From contig NZIV01000063.1 of assembly GCA_002689995.1 (NCBI GenBank), forward strand, positions 21,010 to 72,904: DNA of 51,895 bases, in the 5' to 3' direction. Each line of letters opens with the position of its first letter. Within the stretch, counting starts at the first letter, position 1. Under the pieces are notes generated by a model, which did no database searches, had not been told where the DNA came from, and saw only the letters and a list, made by a program, of their open reading frames with translations. This document shows, one piece after another, positions 9,580-19,207 of the stretch. This DNA is from Fidelibacterota bacterium (lineage in GTDB: Bacteria > Fidelibacterota > Marinisomatia > SCGC-AAA003-L08 > GCA-2689995). Position numbers and translations under genes: made by a program.

Positions 9580-10340
9580 TTAATATTACAAAATTACATG
9601 AAATTGGATTACTCATAATGAAATCCATTGACAGCTCAAAAATATTTAATGAAATCATATCAGTTATTCAGGATGCTGTACAATTTGAATATGCCACAAT
9701 TTTTATTTCTAAAATTGGCAATAACCTTGAGCCCGCTTATTCTCTTAATAATATAATAGTAGATTTGGCATCAGATTTTAATGTTGGTAATGGTAGTGGA
9801 ATAGCAGGTTGGGTTTCTGATAATAATAATCCAGTAATTTTCCCTAATTTTATGAATGATAATCCTAATAGAGAATTCAATTCATTTGTTTCAATCCCAT
9901 TAGTTATAGATGAAAAACGTATTGGAGTATTGAACTTAGGGCATTCCTCTCCGAATTACTTTAATAAAAAAGATAAATTAAATTTTTTAATTCTTGGTAG
10001 TCAGGTCGCAATAATTTTAGATAAAATGGATTCAAGTAAACAAATTAATGCGATTAAATCAGAATATAATGATGTAATGAATTTATTAAATGAAACTGAA
10101 AAAAAATTAGCTGAAAAAGAAAAACTCGCAATTATAGGTCAAAGTGCTAAATCAATAAATAAAGAAATTAATAATCCATTATCAGTGATAATAGGTTTTG
10201 CAAATTTACTAATTAACAAATGTAAAGCTGATAATATTGAAACTGAATTTTTAAGCGAAAAATTAGAAATTATTTTAGACTCTGCCAAAAAAATAGATAC
10301 CATTGTTCATCATTATGAGAATTATAAATCAAATAAATAA
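9576..10340 (+). CDS. GAF-domain protein with His-less HisKA-like domain
   Basis: GAF motifs (GSGIAGWV...SIPLVIDEKRIGVLNL), coiled coil, then INKEINNPL; no ATPase domain. Confidence 0.8.
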   Translation: MINITKLHEIGLLIMKSIDSSKIFNEIISVIQDAVQFEYATIFISKIGNNLEPAYSLNNIIVDLASDFNVGNGSGIAGWVSDNNNPVIFPNFMNDNPNREFNSFVSIPLVIDEKRIGVLNLGHSSPNYFNKKDKLNFLILGSQVAIILDKMDSSKQINAIKSEYNDVMNLLNETEKKLAEKEKLAIIGQSAKSINKEINNPLSVIIGFANLLINKCKADNIETEFLSEKLEIILDSAKKIDTIVHHYENYKSNK

Positions 10341-10360
10341 TTCTATTAAAATAGCTAATT

Positions 10361-11587
10361 TTGAATATTAGAACTGTTGACTATAAAAAAGATAAAGATC
10401 ATATTTATCGTATTTGGAACGAAGTTGGCTGGATTAATCCTGAGTCATTTAAATATTTAGATGATTGGATTAAAAAATCCTCTGGATTGGTTCATGAAAT
10501 TAATGGGCAAGCTGAATGTTTAGTTACTAGCCTAAGAGGCGATTTTAAATTTCAGGATAATTTATTATCTTTTTCGTGTATATCTGGTGTTACCACAAGC
10601 TTAATAGCTAGAAAAAAAAATATTGCAGGAAAAACTACAGCAAAAAAAATTGTCGAAGAAGCATTAGCTGGTTCTGCTATTTGTGGACTTGGCATGTTTG
10701 AACAAGGGTTTTATAATCAGTTTGGTTTTGGGACCGGTACTTATGAATCGCTTATTCATTTTTCACCCGCAACACTAAAGATTGATGTCCCATTTAGGGT
10801 ACCTGAAAGATTAGCAAAAGAAGATTATAAAGATATTCACTGGAGTCGTAAAAATAGACTACGGAAACATGGTTCATGTACATTACCTGAAGTATTTACT
10901 AAATTTGAAGCATCATTTAGTAAAAAACGATTTGGACTTGGCTATAGAGATAAAAATGGTAAACTAACCCATCATGTTTGGCTTGATGGATATGGCTCTG
11001 AAAATGGTCCGATAGATATTGTCTGGATGGCTTATCAAAATTATGACCAATTCTTAGAATTATTATCATTAATTAAAAGTTTGGGAGATCAAATATTGTT
11101 GATTAAAATGTTAGAACCACCAGGAATCTATATTCAAGATTTTTTAAATTATCCTTTTTATAACCGTATGCTTTCTAAAAATTCAAAATATATGAACCAA
11201 AATAAAGCAATGGCCTATTGGCAAATCAGAATATTAGATATCTTTCAATGTATAGAAGTCACCTCCATCCCAATTAAAGAATTTTCATTTAATCTAAAAT
11301 TATTTGATCCGATAACAAATTTCTTAACAAATGATTCACCTTGGAAAGGAATATCTGGGAACTATATAATTACTATTGGTAAAAAATCATCTTGCGAACA
11401 CGGAATAAATAAAAAATTAGAAACTTTAGAAAGTACAGTAAATGCATTTACTAGACTCTGGTTAGGTATATTACCTGCAAGTTCATTGCAATTATCTGAA
11501 AAATTAATTTGCAACAAAAATTTAATTTTAAAATTAGATAAAGCGTTTACATATTTACCAAAACCACATACTGATTGGGATTTTTAA
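10361..11587 (+). CDS. Eis-like GNAT acetyltransferase
   Basis: GVTTSLIARKKNIAG acetyl-CoA motif, GFYNQFGF; about 400 aa with an SCP2-like C-terminus. Confidence 0.7.
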   Translation: MNIRTVDYKKDKDHIYRIWNEVGWINPESFKYLDDWIKKSSGLVHEINGQAECLVTSLRGDFKFQDNLLSFSCISGVTTSLIARKKNIAGKTTAKKIVEEALAGSAICGLGMFEQGFYNQFGFGTGTYESLIHFSPATLKIDVPFRVPERLAKEDYKDIHWSRKNRLRKHGSCTLPEVFTKFEASFSKKRFGLGYRDKNGKLTHHVWLDGYGSENGPIDIVWMAYQNYDQFLELLSLIKSLGDQILLIKMLEPPGIYIQDFLNYPFYNRMLSKNSKYMNQNKAMAYWQIRILDIFQCIEVTSIPIKEFSFNLKLFDPITNFLTNDSPWKGISGNYIITIGKKSSCEHGINKKLETLESTVNAFTRLWLGILPASSLQLSEKLICNKNLILKLDKAFTYLPKPHTDWDF

Positions 11588-12366
11588 TGAAAATGATTTT
11601 ACGATTATTATTTATTTTCACCACTATTTCTTTATCAGAAGAATGTCATTCAGAATCTAGTTGGTGCTTCAACCAGGCAATCAATTTTGCATTTTATATT
11701 TTTGAAGAAGCAAATATTAATGGAAACGAACTCGCTCGTGGGGTTCTTGAAGCAGATGGATCAGTATCATGTCCTAGTGGTGACTGTGATATTGTAGCTG
11801 CTTTTAATGGTGATGTTTGCGTAGGTTGGTCCATCTACTATATAAATGAAGGTCTCGACGATAAATTTACTTTAGCTGTAAATGGTTCGGATGGAAATAA
11901 TTATTCAGCAGGATACTTACTAAATGGTCAAGTACCAAATTTCAAATTTTATGATTCTAGTACTGAAATAATAATTAATCCCGTTTCTGTAGATAGCTTA
12001 GGAAATGAATTTGAGATTCCTATGTTTCAGAATTTTGGTGGATTTATCATGGGAGAACTTAGTGCTGAATCTGAATTTATAAATGAAAATATTTTATTTC
12101 CAAATTATAAGTTCAATTTAATTTTTCCAAATCCATTTAATCCATCAGCTACTATATCTTATCAAGTACCTAAATTATCAGAAGTAAAAATTGATGCAAT
12201 AAATTTAAAAGGGCAAATTATTCAATCAATTTTTAATGGATACACTAATCAGGGATTCCATAGTATAAATTGGTATCCAAAAAATTTAAAGAGTGGGATT
12301 TATATTATTCAAATAAACTTTGATAATAAAATAGCTAAGTCGCAAAGAGTCATTTTTTTAAAGTAA
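11587..12366 (+). CDS. Secreted protein with T9SS/Por-type C-terminal sorting domain
   Basis: Signal peptide from ATG 11587 (TAATG overlap); C-terminal FPNPFNPSATISY...SGIYIIQI...VIFLK. Confidence 0.8.
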   Translation: MKMILRLLFIFTTISLSEECHSESSWCFNQAINFAFYIFEEANINGNELARGVLEADGSVSCPSGDCDIVAAFNGDVCVGWSIYYINEGLDDKFTLAVNGSDGNNYSAGYLLNGQVPNFKFYDSSTEIIINPVSVDSLGNEFEIPMFQNFGGFIMGELSAESEFINENILFPNYKFNLIFPNPFNPSATISYQVPKLSEVKIDAINLKGQIIQSIFNGYTNQGFHSINWYPKNLKSGIYIIQINFDNKIAKSQRVIFLK

Positions 12367-12437
12367 TAATCTATTCACGCTTTTCTCTTTTTCTAAACCT
12401 TTAGAGTATATTTAAAATTTATGTTAAAATTAATTAC

Positions 12438-13640
12438 ATGATTGAATCTATTTTTATTATAATAGCCTTATTAATTGGAATTGCTGTAGGTTGGATTTTA
12501 AAGAAAAATTCTATTCCAGTTATTTCTGATAATTCCAATGAAATCAAAAATTTAAATGAACGTTTACTTGCTTCAGAAAAACGTGAAAGTGTAGCAAATA
12601 CAAAAGTAGATGAAATTAAAAAAAGATTTGAAGAGGAAAAAAATCGTATAGAAAAAGTACAACTAGTGATGGGTGATACATTTAAAGCATTAGCTTCAGA
12701 TATAGCAAAAGGAAATTCAGAAGAATTTTTAAAAATGGCAGGTGATAAATTTAATTCTTTGAAGGAATCCTCAGAAAAACAATTAGATGAGAAGAAAAAA
12801 CTAATTGATCAAAATCTAGAAGGTATGAATCTGAAACTTGAAAATATTTCTAAACAGTCTACTGAACTGAAAATATCACTAGAAAAAAATAAATCTGAAA
12901 CTGAAAAATTAAGGGATACGACTGGAAAACTTAGAGAAATTCTATCTTCTTCACAAAAACGTGGACAATGGGGTGAGCGTATGGTAGAGGATATATTGCA
13001 GTTTGTGGGGCTTGTTGAACATATTAATTATAAAAAGCAGGTCATAGTTGAATCTGGTGAAAAACCTGACTACACATTTTTTTTACCAAAAGAAAAAGTA
13101 TTAAATATGGATGTAAAGTTCCCTTTAGACCACTATGAACGTTTCATAGACTCAAATAATGATTTTGAAATGGAAACAGAGAAAAATGCTTTTTTAAAAG
13201 ATGTAAAAAATCACATCAAATCAGTTGCCTCACGAACTTATATTGATACTACTTCTGGTACTTTAGATTATGTTATGCTGTTTATTCCAAATGAATCTAT
13301 TTATGGTTTTATAAATAAAGAAAATCCAGATCTTATCAACTTTGCATTAGAAAATCGAGTTTTACTCTGCTCTCCACTTACTCTTTATGCTGTTTTATCA
13401 TTAATTCATCAAGCTACTCGTAATTTTGCCATGGAAGAACAGGCAGAAGAAGTACTTAAACTTTTAGAAGCATTTCGAATCCAATGGGAAAAATATGTAG
13501 AGAAAATGGAAACATTAGGGCGAAGTATTGAGTCTACTAAAAAAAATTATGATCAACTAACATCGACTAGAACAAATCAATTACAAAAAACTTTAAAAAA
13601 TATTGAATTTCTTAATCAATCAAAAAGTAGTATTAAATAA
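12438..13640 (+). CDS. rmuC: DNA recombination protein RmuC
   Basis: N-terminal TM, coiled coil, RGQWGE, PD...DVKFPL and MLFIPNES motifs. Confidence 0.92.
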   Translation: MIESIFIIIALLIGIAVGWILKKNSIPVISDNSNEIKNLNERLLASEKRESVANTKVDEIKKRFEEEKNRIEKVQLVMGDTFKALASDIAKGNSEEFLKMAGDKFNSLKESSEKQLDEKKKLIDQNLEGMNLKLENISKQSTELKISLEKNKSETEKLRDTTGKLREILSSSQKRGQWGERMVEDILQFVGLVEHINYKKQVIVESGEKPDYTFFLPKEKVLNMDVKFPLDHYERFIDSNNDFEMETEKNAFLKDVKNHIKSVASRTYIDTTSGTLDYVMLFIPNESIYGFINKENPDLINFALENRVLLCSPLTLYAVLSLIHQATRNFAMEEQAEEVLKLLEAFRIQWEKYVEKMETLGRSIESTKKNYDQLTSTRTNQLQKTLKNIEFLNQSKSSIK

Positions 13641-13656
13641 TTTTAATAAATAATTG

Positions 13657-15912
13657 TTAAATTAGTATTTTATAATTGATTGATAGATTAATTCCAGGTT
13701 CTGGCATAATTGATTTTATCCTTGATAAATGGTTATAATGTAGTTCATTAAATATATTATTTAACTGAATTGTAATAATCTTATTATTTTTATTAAAATT
13801 AAATATAAAGTCTACTAAAAAATAAGAAGGTGTATAACTCTCAAATTCACCTAGTCTATTTTGAGATTCTACTTTTATTAACCTTAAGTTATAATCTATT
13901 ATCTTTTGTGAATATTTAAATGTGAACTTTTGTTTATCTGGATTGATATATTCTAGAGGCTGTTTTTCGGAAATATTATAACCGCGAACTAAAGAAAAGT
14001 CATATTTAAATTTAAAATCTTTATAATTATATATTATTCCAAATTCTAAGCCATTAATTAATGATTCAATTCCTTTTGGCTTATATTTATATAACCATCC
14101 TGTAGATCCACTTCCCCATTCAATATATTCTGCTCCTGCGCATGGATGGTTCTCTCCAGCAATATATTCAAATTCACATTTACCCATTTTTGTCATTTGA
14201 TAATAATACGGGCTATAATTATAAAAAGTAATTACCGATAAAGTAAATGATTTTTTATTATACTTAATCGCAGATTCAATTCCATATATCTTTTCTATAT
14301 CTAATACAGGAGATCCAATTTCATAAGAATATGTACCAAGATGAGGGCCATCTGAATAAAGTTCTTCTAGTGTTGGTTCTCTCATCGTATTCATCAACCA
14401 ACTACTAAATTGAAAATTATTATAATTCACTTTTAACCCAATTGAAGATGAAAAAAAAGGGAAAAATCTACTAATAACTTGTTTATCATCTAGATTTGAA
14501 AAATTTAAAAATGGCTTAATAGGAAAAATTGAAGAATGACCAAATCGATATGAGCCTAGTAAATTGAAATTATTAAAGATATGTTCGTAAAAACCATAAA
14601 ATGAAATATTTATTTCATTAGCTTTGGGTGTCCAATAAAATCCCTCAGAGGAAGATTTTTTGATATCTATTTCTGAGCCTATTATGTTTTGAGATGATTT
14701 TAATTCAATTTTAGTATTATATGTATTTTTAGCTAAACCAACAGCTCTAAAATCTGAAATACTTTCATATTCACTATGTTCGTAATCTATATAATTATAA
14801 TAAATATCAAATTGATCAAAATTATATAAAGAAATATCACTATGATAATTTATTTGAAAGGTATTTTTTAGTAAATCAATATCTACTCCATTTATATGAC
14901 CTTCTTCACTTGGTGGAATTCCATATTTCATATTATAATTTTCTAGCATAAGATAAATAAAACTATTTTGATAATATTTTATATATCCTAATTTATAGTT
15001 AGATATTTCTGAATTAGTATTTCTTAATTTACCAATAGGGCTAGTTTGACTCTTTGTTCTTCTTTCATTTAAAGATAAGTTTATTTGATTATCTTTTATA
15101 GGAATATAAAAAAATACATTTCCATAAGTACTATTATTAAAAGATTGATAACCTAAATTTATTTTAGTAGTAAAATTATTAAATCTAAACTTAGGATTTC
15201 CATATGTACCTGCATCTATAACACCACCAATGGTGTTTGAACCATAAATTAATGATTTTGGTCCTCTAATAATTTGAATTTTATTTATCTCGGACATATC
15301 TATTGATATTGCATGATCGATAGAAGTCTGAGACAAGTCTCCCAATAAATTTCCACCTTTTGTTAATAAAAATCTATCACCTGAGTATCCTCTTAATACA
15401 GGTTTTGATACATTTGATCCAAATGATGAGACACCAATATTTGGATAATTTTCTAGTGTTTTAGCAATATTAGTACTAAGATTATTGTTAAATTCTTGTC
15501 CATTAATTGTTATATCAGATATTTGACTTAAATTATTTTCAAATGCATGTACGTGAATTGATTCTAATTCTATTACTTCATTAATTAGAAATATATTACC
15601 TAATTCAGAAATTTTTATTGAACATCCAGAACAAAACTTAATCTCTAAATTATCTAATGGTATTGTAAGCTGTTTATAACCTATTATTTTAGCTTTAAGT
15701 TTAAAATTATTTAAGTTAGATAGATTGAATTCTAAATTAAAGTTACCATTTAAATCGGTTATTGTTCCAAAATTTGTATTTTCAATATATATATTGACAT
15801 CACTTATTGGAAATTTATCTTGATAATCTAAAATTTTTCCTGAAATTCTGTAAGTCTGGGATAATAAAGATCCCAGACTTACAATAGAAAAAATAAATAG
15901 CTTATTTATCAA
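13657..15912 (-). CDS. TonB-dependent outer-membrane receptor (probable metal uptake)
   Basis: CarboxypepD-like N-domain, plug motifs (SKPVLRG, DHA, IQIIRGPKSLIYGSNTIGGVI), EELYSDGPH, and C-terminal HLSRIK...PG beta strand. Confidence 0.9.
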   Translation of the reverse strand: MINKLFIFSIVSLGSLLSQTYRISGKILDYQDKFPISDVNIYIENTNFGTITDLNGNFNLEFNLSNLNNFKLKAKIIGYKQLTIPLDNLEIKFCSGCSIKISELGNIFLINEVIELESIHVHAFENNLSQISDITINGQEFNNNLSTNIAKTLENYPNIGVSSFGSNVSKPVLRGYSGDRFLLTKGGNLLGDLSQTSIDHAISIDMSEINKIQIIRGPKSLIYGSNTIGGVIDAGTYGNPKFRFNNFTTKINLGYQSFNNSTYGNVFFYIPIKDNQINLSLNERRTKSQTSPIGKLRNTNSEISNYKLGYIKYYQNSFIYLMLENYNMKYGIPPSEEGHINGVDIDLLKNTFQINYHSDISLYNFDQFDIYYNYIDYEHSEYESISDFRAVGLAKNTYNTKIELKSSQNIIGSEIDIKKSSSEGFYWTPKANEINISFYGFYEHIFNNFNLLGSYRFGHSSIFPIKPFLNFSNLDDKQVISRFFPFFSSSIGLKVNYNNFQFSSWLMNTMREPTLEELYSDGPHLGTYSYEIGSPVLDIEKIYGIESAIKYNKKSFTLSVITFYNYSPYYYQMTKMGKCEFEYIAGENHPCAGAEYIEWGSGSTGWLYKYKPKGIESLINGLEFGIIYNYKDFKFKYDFSLVRGYNISEKQPLEYINPDKQKFTFKYSQKIIDYNLRLIKVESQNRLGEFESYTPSYFLVDFIFNFNKNNKIITIQLNNIFNELHYNHLSRIKSIMPEPGINLSINYKILI

Positions 15913-15961
15913 TTAATTATTGTAGGTAGAGATATTTGATAAATAATAAAATTGCTATATC

Positions 15962-16498
15962 TTAATCAATAAAATAACTACTAGATAACTTTAATGTTGT
16001 TGGTGAACTTCCAATTAGAACTGGAACATTGTTAGTAGATGTATAATCAGCATGGTCCCCATGCATTAGTTCTAATTTGAATTCAGTTTCGCCTGCACTA
16101 ACTCCAATTATATGAAGTCCTGACTCATGATGCTCTTCTTCAGTTTCATTGTGACTTTCAACCTCAACAATTGCAAGTTGTGAGTTAAATTCAGATACTG
16201 CAATTGATGACTCATCTAACTCATGATCATCATCTTCATGTTCTATTTCATTCTCATCATGATCTAAAAAATGGACAGAAATCTCAATGGTATCTCCAAC
16301 CATAATATTAATCGATCCTGTACTTGCACCTTGAAACTCCCTATATAACTCATTACCATTTTCATCTTCTAAAATAAAGCCATCAGCATCTGTATGACCA
16401 TCACTATGATTATGAACTGGATTTGAATCACTACATGAAGTAGTAAATAAACTCAAAATTAAACATAAAAATAACTGCTTTTTATTTAGGTTAAACAT
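15962..16498 (-). CDS. His/acid-rich lipoprotein, probable metal-binding partner of the TBDR
   Basis: Lipobox FTTSC; HNHSDGH, HEDDDHE, EEHHE and HGDHADY tracts. Confidence 0.8.
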   Translation of the reverse strand: MFNLNKKQLFLCLILSLFTTSCSDSNPVHNHSDGHTDADGFILEDENGNELYREFQGASTGSINIMVGDTIEISVHFLDHDENEIEHEDDDHELDESSIAVSEFNSQLAIVEVESHNETEEEHHESGLHIIGVSAGETEFKLELMHGDHADYTSTNNVPVLIGSSPTTLKLSSSYFID

Positions 16499-16672
16499 TA
16501 TTGTAAAAAACTCCTTTTATAAAATTAGTTAGTGATATAATTCCTTTATATCCAATTAATATAAGTTATATTAAATTGAAAAAAAAAGTTAGAGCTAATA
16601 TTATTTAAATACTAAGCAATTGATTGATAAATATGATATAAAATTGATTATAAAATCAGAGTAATATAAAAA

Positions 16673-17062
16673 TTAACGATTATCTAAACAACTTTCACAT
16701 TGACCGGTTAAAATATGTTCAGCGCTTTTAATTAAGTAGTTAGAGACAGAAGGAATAATTATCTTTATGGGCAAACATAAAGACGTACCACAATCCTCAC
16801 ACTGGAAATGAGGATGACTATTCAATTTTTTATTGAGTGATAAATCTTTTTCACCCAAAGCATATCTCTTGTGACCATCTTGATTCATAAAGGAATGTAT
16901 TAAACTTGAGTTTTCTAATCTTTCCAAAATACGGTAAACTGTTGTTTTATCCATTATATTATTAAATTTTTCAACCAATTCAGTAGCAGATATAGTTTTA
17001 TTGTTTGCACTGAATTCATTTAAAATTAATTTTACTGTTTTAGTTTTTCTGATAATACCCAT
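16673..17062 (-). CDS. Fur-family transcriptional regulator (Zur-like)
   Basis: TTVYRILERL winged helix, HPHFQCEDC and C-terminal CESC. Confidence 0.9.
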   Translation of the reverse strand: MGIIRKTKTVKLILNEFSANNKTISATELVEKFNNIMDKTTVYRILERLENSSLIHSFMNQDGHKRYALGEKDLSLNKKLNSHPHFQCEDCGTSLCLPIKIIIPSVSNYLIKSAEHILTGQCESCLDNR

Positions 17063-17072
17063 GTAATTTTAT

Positions 17073-17087
17073 TGCTATTGAGTTGCA
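17073..17087. promoter_or_regulatory. Candidate Fur/Zur-family operator
   Basis: Imperfect palindrome TGCTAT-TGA-GTTGCA about 10 bp upstream of the regulator ATG, between divergent genes. Confidence 0.4.
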
Positions 17088-17161
17088 TTAATTGAATTAA
17101 TAGTTTTAATTTTAAATAAATAGTAATTATATCAATATTTAATTTATGGAGCATTTATAAT

Positions 17162-17563
17162 ATTTTACTAAGCAATACATTAAAAAAATCAGATACTATT
17201 GGTGCATTAAGTAGCGCACTGTGTATGGTACACTGCCTTGCAACACCATTTTTATTTTTAGCTACTACAACTTGTTCAGCTACATGCTGTGATACTGCTC
17301 CTTCATGGTGGCAATGGATAGATTATGTTTTTTTAATTGTCTCATTTTTTGCTGTGATGAACTCAGTAAAAAAATCAAATTCAAATTTTATTAAATATGC
17401 TTTATGGACCAGCTGGTTTGGCTTGTTATTATTTGTTATAAATGCAAAGTTTAATTTCTTTTATACTTCAGAGTACATAAAATTTATTCCGGCATTTTCG
17501 TTAATTGCATTACACCTGTGGAATTTAAAATTCTATCAATCTCAAGTAGATGAATGTTGTTAA
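17162..17563 (+). CDS. MerC-like membrane protein
   Basis: The conserved DTIGALSSALCMVHCLATP begins upstream of the listed ATG (17225). No ATG/GTG/TTG lies in frame after the stop at 17117, so an ATT start (17162, after GGAG) is inferred. Ends in ECC. Confidence 0.75.
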   Translation: MLLSNTLKKSDTIGALSSALCMVHCLATPFLFLATTTCSATCCDTAPSWWQWIDYVFLIVSFFAVMNSVKKSNSNFIKYALWTSWFGLLLFVINAKFNFFYTSEYIKFIPAFSLIALHLWNLKFYQSQVDECC

Positions 17564-17685
17564 AAGTTTTTTTACTTAGACTAATACAAATATATTAGAA
17601 TCAAAAAAACTGACACAAAACTATACTTCTTTAATTAGCATTATTTATTTTGAACATTTCTGAACCTAAATATTAAGAACAAGTA

Positions 17686-17916
17686 ATTAAAAAAAGACAA
17701 GAAATAATATTAGATATCACCAATATTAGATGGAATTTAGAAGATGATTCTGATGATAATTTACCCAAAGAATTAGAATTAAAATGGGGAAGTAAGAAAT
17801 GGAGTAAACCCCAAGTCATAAACTGGTTAAGTAAACATTTTAATAATGCAATAGACAATTGTGAAATTGAAAAATTAGTTATTAAAGAAGTTACTGGCTG
17901 AGGAGGCTGTTGTTAA
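17686..17916 (+). CDS. Small hypothetical protein, possible selenoprotein (C-terminal TG-U-GGCC)
   Basis: Open frame KKRQEIILDITNIRWNLEDDSDDNLPKELELKW...IKEVTG, then TGA (17899-17901) GGA GGC TGT TGT TAA. The ATT start is inferred. Confidence 0.5.
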
Positions 17917-17941
17917 TTTTTATAATAGTTTATTATAAAAA
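17917..17941. terminator. AT-rich perfect hairpin (terminator or SECIS-like)
   Basis: TTTTTATAATA-GTT-TATTATAAAAA, 11-bp stem, between convergent genes. Confidence 0.4.
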
Positions 17942-17959
17942 ACATCTAATCTTACTAAA

Positions 17960-18691
17960 CTAATTTTTTTTTGAATTTATTTTTTTTGCTGTAAAAATAC
18001 TAGTTACACCAAACGTTAAATCTTCAACTTTAGCATTAGTAAAACCTTTTGACTCCATTAATTTAATCATTTCCTCTCTGTTTAAAAAATTTTGTACAGA
18101 TTCTGGTAAATAACGATATGCGTCTGATCTTGCGAAAAAAGCACCAATACGAGGAAGTATATACTTAAAGTAGAATTGATAAATTTTACCAAAAAATTTT
18201 GAATGAGGTTCTTGAAATTCTAGAATAGCACATGTACCCCCTGGCTTGAGAACTCTATTAAATTCTACCATTGCTTGTTCATAATGGCCAATATTTCTAA
18301 AACCATATGAAATTGTCAATACATTAAATGAATTATCTTCAAATGGTAAATTTTCACCATCACCTTGAACAAATTTAAATTTATCTGACTTATTTTTAGA
18401 TTTAGCTTTTTTTTGTGCATAGCATACCATCTTGTAAGAATAATCAAGGCCTATAATTTTCACATCATGATGTTTCAAGATAGTAAAACCAACATCACCA
18501 GTACCGGTTGCGACATCTAAAACATCTTGCCCATCTTTAAGATTTAATCTTTTTACTAAAACACGCCTCCAATATAAATCAATTCCTAGACTTAATAAGT
18601 GATTTAAAAAGTCATATTTCCCAGAAATATCATCAAACATTTTCTGCACAAATTGTTTTTTATTTTCACCAGTATGATAAAATTCGTTCAT
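17960..18691 (-). CDS. menG: Demethylmenaquinone methyltransferase MenG/UbiE
   Basis: MFDDISGKYDFLNHLLSLGID, VLDVATGTGD and AYRYLPESV. Confidence 0.93.
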   Translation of the reverse strand: MNEFYHTGENKKQFVQKMFDDISGKYDFLNHLLSLGIDLYWRRVLVKRLNLKDGQDVLDVATGTGDVGFTILKHHDVKIIGLDYSYKMVCYAQKKAKSKNKSDKFKFVQGDGENLPFEDNSFNVLTISYGFRNIGHYEQAMVEFNRVLKPGGTCAILEFQEPHSKFFGKIYQFYFKYILPRIGAFFARSDAYRYLPESVQNFLNREEMIKLMESKGFTNAKVEDLTFGVTSIFTAKKINSKKN

Positions 18692-19207
18692 TTATTAATT
18701 ATTTTCATAAATTTTTTATTTTTAGTATTAAATTTGATTATAAATATATCTTAAAATTTAATTCAAAGTATTTTTTAATCTTAATCAAAATTTAGTTATT
18801 CAATTTAACTACTTTTAAGTTAGCCTTATATTTAAGTAAGAAGCTGTATTATACCATAGATAACTTGCTTAATTAATAAAACTAGTTCTCGGTAAATATT
18901 ATTACTTCACAATCATCCAAATAATTGAATTTAAATTATTCATTATATTATTTTGAATTATCAATCTCAATAAATATTAAATTGATAATAATAATCTAAA
19001 CCTTAAGTTTTTTACAGTCCCAGAAAGCCTATATTTATTAGAATTAAAGATGAATTCATGTTTTAATATTAAAACCCTTACATAACCTCAATAAGATGAA
19101 TATTGTAAGTGTTATTAATAGCATTTATTATAACAAAATTAGTACATTGTTACTTTTCAGATGGGTTAAATTTAAACTTAATTTAATGGTATAGAATAAG
19201 GGTAAAA

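Noticed and set aside
18692-19207. Long AT-rich gap between menG and menF as an ncRNA or decayed gene
   Set aside because: Only short frames are present (e.g. minus-strand INIGFLGL) and there is no recognisable RNA structure, so no call can be supported.
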